Source: Octopus sinensis (Eukaryota). From it: a stretch of 64,000 nt of DNA. The notes beneath the pieces were generated by a model that saw nothing but the letters and a program-made list of their open reading frames with translations, was not told the origin of the DNA and did not search any database. This document shows, in pieces, positions 55,002-64,000 of the stretch. Where the stretch lies: positions 111,414,001 through 111,478,000 of the forward strand of contig NC_042999.1 in assembly GCF_006345805.1 (NCBI RefSeq). Direction: 5' to 3'. The translations under genes and the position numbers were made by a program. How positions within the stretch are numbered: position 1 is the stretch's first letter; each line of letters starts with the position of its first letter.

Positions 55002-55984
55002 TAATTTAGATACGTTCTATATTTCTTCCATAAAAAACGATTTTCGTTAATCACACCTGCAATGAGTGTCTGCAGTATAGTAGGACTGAAGTGAGTAACT
55101 ATCCAAAGGCAGACTTGACACATTTTGTTATTCAAAATGGACTATAGAAATAAATAGAGAGAACTTTATGTATGTAAAATACTAGAGTAACTTTACTACG
55201 AACTAACAGAATGTTTCAAAACAGATTTGGCATCAATCTCTTGGCAGGCAAATACATTAGAGAAATTACTTTTCTATTAAATAAGAATAAAAAATATTAA
55301 ATTTCCTTGTGTCACTGGGACCATGCTATTGAGATTAATCTGATACATACACGACTCGTTTCCCCATTCCACCCTTTCTCCTTTTCTTTCTTTCTGGTTT
55401 TCTAACATGGCAAAGTAGTTTCCATGACTATATATGTATTAAATAGCATTATAGTAACTTTATTACCAACACGACCAGCCACTTGTGAAAAATCAACAAA
55501 ATCAGGTTATATTATATTATTATTATTTATATTTCTCTGTCTCTGAGGACCGATGCAGGTGATATCAATCTTGTTTTCAGGTCGAGTAAACGTGCCCTTT
55601 AACCAAAGCAAACTAACAGAAGAAATACGATTGACCAATCTTTCATGGGAAGGTAGTGAGACTACTTCCCCGATAGAAGTTTCTTTAAATATACCCAAAA
55701 CATACACTGTTTTCTTTTCTCCATCTCAAATTCGATAAATTTTTCCCTCATTCTCTTCAGTAAATTATCCCCGTTATTACTCAGACACCTTTCCCATGCG
55801 AAATACAAGCTGACTGACGCAAGCAATAACTTAGTCGTTTCTTCAAACAATACAGTACAGAACTAGAACACATAACCTTATTAATATTTTCATTATTTTC
55901 CTTTCATTTGAATATGTTCTCGTTTATAGAAACACGACGTAAATAAGTCTCAACCGCATAAATTATATACTCTCAGATCTACAG

Positions 55985-56110
55985 GTACAACCACTACTCC
56001 TGCTCATGATCAGAGATGCACATATTGTCAGCTTCTAAGAGACATGCTCAAATGCTTAAGGTCAAGTAACTGATAATAAAATCTTTGGTATTGAGCAGAG
56101 TATTTGTTAT
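55985..56110 (+). mobile_element. Fragment of the same family as 33392-33846
   Basis: ctcctgctcatgatcagagatgcacatattgtcagc...ggtattgagcagagtatttg is the reverse complement of about 33500-33615. Confidence 0.65.
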
Positions 56111-57799
56111 AACGAAATTTCTGCTTCAGCAACTCAGCGCTGAATCCGCCTGAAATATAATGGAGGATAGGTCAATTTCAAAACATTGATATCCAGGTCA
56201 TAAAAACAAAGTTTTGAAGAGAATAAGAATCATTTTCTTACTAACTAAAGACAAAAAGAAATTCGAATTTTGCTATAGAGTGTTATTCACCGCCTGTGCC
56301 GTTAAAACTTGTTCGTTCATTCCTATTCCAGTAAACTCCGATATTCATTAGAACTATTTTAGACCTCTCACATGCTTCCTTTTGTACTTTGAATTCTATC
56401 CAGTTGACAGTTTTTTCCCCTTTTCGCGAATTTCCTGAGTGAGGATTTACCTACATGAAAAGGTTCGTATAACGAACCAAAGGAAGAGCTTCTATGCGGT
56501 CACTTGATCAGCTGAAAGAAGCAACCAGATATATCTCGCGTCAAACACTACCATGGAAATATATATTAGATCACATCGTCCTAAAAGTATATAATCTGAA
56601 AACAAAAAGAACAGGATTATCCTAGCTTGAATGCATTTGAAAATATGTCAGCACAGACAGAACTGAAGTGAAACAAAGCAATTACTGCAACCTTCGCAAA
56701 CAAACTTATAATAAGGATATAGTCAACTAGTTTCATTAAACGCATTTATAACACAAACAGAAGCCTCTTCGTGGTTTCTTGTCTCCCCAGAAATAGCAAC
56801 CACAATCTGTTCCTATCATTCCCTACTTCCTTAAAAAAAAGTGTAGAATGTAATGTGATATAATGTTAGGTTTCATAATATAGTTTTACGTTCACAGCAC
56901 CCAAAAATGCCAGACGGTTTAGTCATTGCTGATACGGTCATAGATAAACTGGTCAGGGTGCACCTGGGGTTAAATAACAACATTATAAGTGTGAGTGTGT
57001 GTGTACCATACCCACAACACCACACACCTATGTTCTTAATGAACAAACAGCTGAAACCTACACATTTTTATTAACGAAAACGAATGCTTGGAATTGCAAT
57101 TTTTGATGAATTTTCCTTGAAAATCGCAGATACAGCATAGGCAAAATTGCATTCCAATGTCTGACTTTCCCTTTTTAGAGCCAGGAAATGCTGACATTCT
57201 ACAAAGTATAAATAGTATTTTTGTCTATGTTCATGTGTACGGGCGTGTGTGCGTGCGTGTGTATGTGTGTGTGTGTGTGTGTGTATGTGGTTGGACTTGT
57301 GCATGTTAGCATAATTGTGTGTTCGTATGTACGTGTGTGTATGTGTGTCATGAATGTATGTGTGTGTGCATGTAGAAGAAAGCATTCTTCTTCATATTGA
57401 ATCAGGCCTACCAAACTGCCTTTACTGTATGTATCATTGTAAATTCCTGGTTTACATGCTTGAAAAATATTGCACAATCTTTGATATGGATGGTATTTCT
57501 CAGTATCATATTGGCAAAACTACAAGGCCTGATGTAAATTTGGAACAACGTCTTGTAATTTCAGAAGAACAAAAATCGTCTACAAACGCTCTAACATCTC
57601 TGCTAATCTACTCCACGAATGCTGAGAAAATCACCGTCCGAAATTTGTTGAACAGATCAAATTTCGCTGTGTTGTCACTTCTAAGTTTCCGTTGCAATGG
57701 AAAAATGTTCGGGAGTTGGTAACTTATACTTTATAAAGTATAATAGCTAAAATGTCAGTACATACAAAATTTGAAAAGAAAGCGCATTGTTTTGTTAAC

Positions 57800-59267
57800 T
57801 GGTTATTTCACTCTAACCATTGAGTAGATGTCGCTGTACATCACAGCGATTCACAGTGAAAGACGGGACCGAAACCGGTTGCTGTTTCGATTTATGTAAA
57901 TTGATCAAGGTCCCACGATGTCAGGTTCCTAATCCAACATCTCGCTATGATGTATTGCGTGAAGTGGATGTTGGCCTGGAAAGATCTGAGATGTTACGTG
58001 TTTGTGCACCATCGGTCAGACTATTGACGACAAATACCAACGTTTTAGTTAAATTTTCAACGTAATATACTTTGCGTCCTATCCCATCAGTACCATCTCT
58101 CCTCAAGTCAAAGAACTGGGAATTCTCATGTTTGCAATCAGCTGCCGTTGATATCTGACAAGTTGCATCCAAACATACCGAGCATATAAAAGTACGACAG
58201 ACCATCTAAACTCGCTGATGTTCCCCCGTGCAGCCAATTACCGCTTTCTGTATCTCCGAGGTTGTTATCGGCATTTCGACTCTTTTGAGGAGAGTCTGGG
58301 TAGACCTTTGGGATACGCAATTAAATCCGTTCTGCATTTGGGTCCTCCATTCATTCCGAATAGTCGAGAAAGTGCTACTGAAAAGCTATACACACCAGCT
58401 TGGCGTCGAGTAGTATGCCCTCATTGCAGTCTACAAAAGACTTAAATGTGGTTTTGTTTCGACATTGCAATTCCGTCACTTAAACCTAGCGAAAGGTTTT
58501 CTTCCTCTTAACTCTGTGACAACACAGACTTCGTGCTTCACATTCTCAAGTGAACGAGCATACGTTGTTGGCCACCGCTCTTGTCAACGCCCTTTAATTG
58601 ACTTGTTAATCAGGTCCCTGCCTACGAAGCTTTTCCACTCCAACCATACAGATCACTAATTTGTGGTCGTCGTAGCCAACTATTTTAAGCTGTGCACATC
58701 CTATACTATACGTATCTAGTGACCTACAGAATATTCTATTTAAATATGATATAGAAGATGTTTACATTTTTTACATGTTTACATGTTTACATTTACGCCT
58801 TCGAAAAATCCACTCGGTACTTGTCAGACAATGAGAAATATCTAAACAATTTTGTGAGACTTTTGCACTCCTTTCTTCTATCATCTAACCCCTCTCGAGC
58901 GTCTCAGTCACCCACCAATACTAAAGAGAAGGATATCCCTAGGAAGTCTTTCAGACGCCCGAATAAATCTGGTTTAGTGACCAGTGTCAAAGCGTACAGT
59001 TACTAACGTGAATGTAACCTTTTCTCTGCTGCTCACGTAAAGAACCAACAACTGACCATCTGGGTTAATGCATATTGTTTGTATCGTCGGATCCAGACCT
59101 TTTTGAAACAATACAGCCACTGTATCTCCCATTCCTGGTTGAAAGTGGGTGTGAATGCTTGTGATTCAGAGATTCATGTCTCGTGATCGCACCACATCCT
59201 TATCAATTAACTGAATGTTGTTGAGCCGGTGGCCCTGCTTCCATTGTCGCTACAGGACTCGTGCATT
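57800..59267 (-). mobile_element. Degraded L1/Tx1-clade LINE ORF2 (APE endonuclease + N-half of RT)
   Basis: NARVL*RQWKQGH, VAVLFQKGLD..PDGQLLVL, SLVLVGD*, VGYDDHKLVIC, PITTSEIQKAV, SLDGLSYFY, RIPSSLT*G, IAVMYSDIYSMVRV, in canonical order with many stops and frameshifts. Confidence 0.85.
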
Positions 59268-61999
59268 TTTATTACTTATTTTAAGTAAGACCTTTTGACA
59301 ACAGGATGAAGGCGGGAAAATACCATTTACCTTAATCCTTTGGAGAGACAGGTACTCCATTCCTCCGGCTGGCTTTGGGTATCTTCACAAGAAATTCTAT
59401 ATATAGTCTTCTGTTTGTATTTCCCGTAAATCGGTATCTGTGTGAAATCTTTAGTTCCTTGTATGACAGTGGAGTGGTTCTGCATTAGTGTTTCGGAGAA
59501 GAACATGACTCAGATTAATCCAAACTTATAGACATGACACACGAAATAGATATTTCATTATAAGTTCCTTAAACAAAATTAAGTTTGATCTGAAGGTATA
59601 CACTCTAATTTGTGCCTTTTCGGTAATAGGCATTTATACAAAATTATTTCCCTCCTGTTTTACCAATAAGATGTTGCGTTATATTCAGCATGACTTACCT
59701 CGGTTCTACTCTGTCGATGTGTTTCTCCACCTCTTCGACATATTTATGCTTATGAGATAAGAACAAAACATTTGTGATCTTAGAAAAAGACATTTTTTTA
59801 ATGCGTTTTCACTGCTGTTGCTATTATTGTTGATATTGTCGGTAATTATCGTCATTGTTGCTGCCGTTATTGCTTTTTTATTGATGTGGCAATGGCATTA
59901 TTTCTGCTGCTACAGTTGGCAATGCATGACACGATGCTAATAGGATGATTTTGCAAGATTCTTTGACATGAAATTATTCTTGCTGCTGCTATTCTGGTCG
60001 ATGTTGTTATTATAGTTGATAATGCTATTATTGTTACTGCTGTTGTTACTGATATTACTTTACTACGTTTGTGGTATTGTACGGTAGAAGGTGACTGCAA
60101 AAGAAAATTTCACCTTCAAAACCACCCCCAGTTTTTCTTCCTTTCTCCTCACTTGGCAAAGACGACGCCATTCACACAGTTTTTCTGATACTTCAAAACT
60201 TTATTGTTCTTTTTAATTTTGCCTTGTTGGCTGAGTAACAAACACTGTTGATAAGTCCCTTATGGTGCAGGTCAACTAATAAACAAGTTAAAACAATAAA
60301 ATCAACAAAAACAGGCTTACAAAGCGGAAAGCAAGGCACAAACTGACGGAGCTTCCAAGAGGCGTTCAACAACAGCAACGATAATAACAACAACATTAAA
60401 GCAATTGGTTCACTTCAGCAGAATTTGAACTTTGAGGATAGTAAAAGGAAATTATATACTGTAGGACATTTAGTCTCTCATTCCATTGGTACGGTCCATC
60501 TTTTCACCGAAGTTAGCTATTTTCGCTGGGATAATAAAAACAACGAAAATACCATAAATCTGTCTACGTTATTTATTGTGCTGATCTAATCGGAACTGAT
60601 TAGATCAGAAATGAAATCCACCAACCTCAACAACTGTGACACTACAAAAACCATTCATGCGACAAAAGAAAAGAGATCTCAATGAAATTAAAGAAAAACA
60701 AAAAAATAACGAATAAAAATGGAAGCTTGATCCTACTTACTGTATGTTTAAATTCTAATTAAAAGACCAGAAAAAGAATCGGAGAACCTCTCTCATTGTT
60801 TTCTACTTTCCCCGTTTTGTTTTGATCTTTTTTTTTGATTTTGTATTTTTATTTTTTATTTGGTAACGTGGTGGTCCAATTCTTCGGATGCCCCACTTTT
60901 TAATTTATTTTATGTATTTTTATTAATTTTATCGCTTTCGGCTTTTTCACCGCAGTCGGTTTATCAAATGATAGTTAAAACTGAAAGAAATTAAGTAACA
61001 AGACTTTATTAATCCCAGCAAAAAACAAAAACAGAAACAAATAATAATAATGACACCGCATAGAGCCCTAAAAGAATAATTACCCTCAGGAAAAAAAAAT
61101 TCCCTCTTATCAGCCTTTCTCCTTCTCAGGAAAAAAGGGACTTGCGTATTTCATTTCCTTATTTATTGTGCTTTATTTATATATTTATATAGTTATATAT
61201 CTAATTAAGTAGTTATTTATGTGTGGCTATGTATTTTACCATTACCATACCTCTCTTTAAATTCTGGGAGTCAGGAACGAATATTTTTCTCCAGAGGGAT
61301 ATCGGAGTGGCGGTATCATATTACATATTCAGATTATAGTATAAGGAATAAATTAAGCACTTTGTTTATATAACAATCGACTTTGTATTTGTATTCGTTC
61401 TCTGAACGTTGCTGTTGATGTTGTTATAATGCTTCTGTTGCCACTGCTGCTGCTGATGTTGTTATTTTGGTTTACTGGATACCACCCTTAATCAAATTTG
61501 TTAAACTAACAAAAACGCGAGAAAGATGCTGGTGGGTCAAAGCATTAACTCCACCCCGAACTTCTAAGTAGCAGTCGGTAATGACATTATCAATAACAAT
61601 AGCAACACGAGTTACAACAATAACAATAAGAACAACAACATCAACAACAATAAGGGATAACCTTCCTTACACAGAGTAATGAAATAAATGGAAGGAAAGG
61701 TACGGCAATACCACCAACACCACCACCATCACTATATTAATAGCCGCTTATCTGAACTTCATTCTACTACCCACCTGCTCTCTCTCTCTCTCTTTCTCGC
61801 CCTCTCCCTCTCCCTCTCATAATACATGCAGGCAGATAGACATACCTACATATATATGTATATATACATACATATACATGCATATATATATATATGTATA
61901 TATATATAGTTATGTATGTATGTGTGTATGTATACTTATATATAGAGAGAGATACACATATATATATGTATATAGCAATATATAAATACGCACACAGAC

Positions 62000-62030
<31 letters not shown>

Positions 62031-62229
62031 TCATGACAGTAAGCAAACAAAATCGGAAACAAAATATGCACACATTGACCAGTTTATTTTGAGTGAAGAA
62101 ATCGGTTTCGTAAGAAAATATATAAATGTTAACTTCTGGTTCTCTCCCGCTCTATTACCCATAAAAATATACACTATCCACTCTTTCTATATCACTATCG
62201 CCATATTTATTCACGCACACACGGACACA

Positions 62230-62230
62230 G

Positions 62231-62270
<40 letters not shown>

Positions 62271-62283
62271 ACACACACGCACA

Positions 62284-62357
<74 letters not shown>
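62230..62357. repeat. (CA)n/(TA)n tract bordering the satellite
   Basis: Visible in the sequence. Confidence 0.95.
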
Positions 62358-62358
<1 letters not shown>

Positions 62359-64000
62359 TTTTCAACAATTGAGGGCAAAATTAATTAATTATTAATCAAT
62401 TTCACCAAGTGTTCAGTATGCAAAGGGACCATTCAAGGCGAATTCAAATTATTACATTATATAAAAGGGCTTAGTAAAATAAATTACTTTGCCGCATACT
62501 GAACTCATTAGAAATAGCAGCTAAAAAACTTTTTTAAAGCTATTTCTAATACTTAAAGAAAATCTCTCTCATATATAGTGTTTGCTTAATTCAACTCACA
62601 AAAGTTTGGGGGTAAGGACATCGAAAAATCAAATGCTAAGGTTATTCGAGAACGTACGTTTCAAGATTAGTCAAAACAACACTTCTATCATCAGCTCAGA
62701 AATTCCTTGGTTTGGATTTGGAAACACTGAAAATAAGAACATACCCTTTCGAAGATCTGCTCCCAACTAACAGTGCCAACAAATTCAAATAAGCAAGCGA
62801 AGAATCTCTGTTCTCCCCTTTCCACCAGCGTGGGTTAAAATCATCAAACACTATGCTTATTTCGGTAAAATCCGAAGCATTAATCAGAGGGAGATTAATT
62901 ATAATTTCAACAATTGAGGGCAAAATTAATTAATTATTAATCAATTTCACCAAGTGTTCAGTATGCAAAGGGACCATTCAAGGCGAATTCAAATTATTAC
63001 ATTATATAAAAGGGCTTAGTAAAATAAATTACTTTGCCGCATACTGAACTCATTAGAAATAGGAGCAGATCTTCGAAAGGGTATGTTCTTATTTTCAGTG
63101 TTTCCAAATCCAAACCAAGGAATTTCTGAGCTGATGATAGAAGTGTTGTTTTGACTAATCTTGAAACGTACGTTCTCGAATAACCTTAGCATTTGATTTT
63201 TCGATGTCCTTACCCCCAAACTTTTGTGAGTTGAATTAAGCAAACACTATATATGAGAGAGATTTTCTTTAAGTATTAGAAATAGCTTTAAAAAAGTTTT
63301 TTAGCTGCTATTTCTAATGAGTTCAGTATGCGGCAAGTAATTTATTTTACTAAGCCCTTTTATATAATGTAATAATTTGAATTCGCCTTGAATGGTCCCT
63401 TTGCATACTGAACACTTGGTGAAATTGATTAATAATTAATTAATTTTGCCCTCAATTGTTGAAATATAATTAATCTCCCTCTGATTAATGCTTCGGATTT
63501 TACCGAAATAAGCATAGTGTTTGATGATTTTAACCCACGCTGGTGGAAAGGGGAGAACAGAGATTCTTCGCTTGCTTATTTGAATTTGTTGGCACTGTTA
63601 GTTGGGAGCAGATCTTCGAAAGGGTATGTTCTTATTTTCAGTGTTTCCAAATCCAAACCAAGGAATTTCTGAGCTGATGATAGAAGTGTTGTTTTGACTA
63701 ATCTTGAAACGTACGTTCTCGATAACCTTAGCATTTGATTTTTCGATGTCCTTACCCCCAAACTTTTGTGAGTTGAATTAAGCAAACACTATATATGAGA
63801 GAGATTTTCTTTAAGTATTAGAAATAGCTTTAAAAAAGTTTTTTAGCTGCTATTTCTAATGAGTTCAGTATGCGGCAAAGTAATTTATTTTACTAAGCCC
63901 TTTTATATAATGTAATAATTTGAATTCGCCTTGAATGGTCCCTTTGCATACTGAACACTTGGTGAAATTGATTATAATTAATTAATTTTGCCCTCAATTG
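62358..64000. repeat. Near-identical tandem repeat of about 545 bp with an orientation switch at 63062/63063
   Basis: caacaattgaggg at 62363 and 62909 (period 546). From 63063 the reverse complement runs in tandem (gagcagatc at 63063 and 63606) to the window end. Confidence 0.97.
63127..63178 (+). ncRNA. Type I hammerhead-like motif in the satellite unit (also at about 63670-63721 on + and 62647-62698 on -)
   Basis: tgag-CTGATGA-t-AGA-AGT(gttgttttg)ACT-aa-TCT-t-GAAA-CGTACG-T-T-ctcg: stems I, II and palindromic III are present. U10.1-U11.1 and U17 are non-canonical. Confidence 0.55.

Noticed and set aside
55581-55652. Possible phase-1 exon RVNVPFNQSKLTEEIRLTNLSWE
   Set aside because: No recognisable homology; splice signals are unremarkable.
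57370-57720. Minus-strand resemblance to hAT RWLSRG region
   Set aside because: Similarity too weak to call by eye.

Overview
This is AT-rich eukaryotic DNA saturated with microsatellites. It is most likely from an Octopus genome, inferred from the tRNA-derived SINE families and repeat texture. I found no intact host protein-coding gene, and most ORFs in the supplied track are translations of simple repeats or antisense frames. The window is a transposon graveyard: a Penelope-like element, an intron-bearing Tc1 remnant, one near-intact and one deleted mariner, several R4/Dong-type (restriction-like endonuclease, RLE) LINE copies, L1/Tx1 and CR1-like remnants, a hAT MITE and about 20 SINE copies including a recurrent dimer. 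The non-TE pieces are a broken RING + TRAF-zinc-finger coding fragment (34020-34309, minus) and a rearranged 28S rRNA fragment (34804-35236, minus). The most interesting signal is at the right end: a highly homogeneous tandem repeat of about 545 bp (62358-64000+) that switches orientation at 63062/63063 and carries a type I hammerhead-ribozyme-like motif in each unit that spans that position (a retrozyme-like satellite candidate). Two more hammerhead-like motifs lie elsewhere (6706-6739 and 38061-38141). All family assignments come from motifs recognised by eye, not from database searches. Boundaries of degraded elements are approximate.
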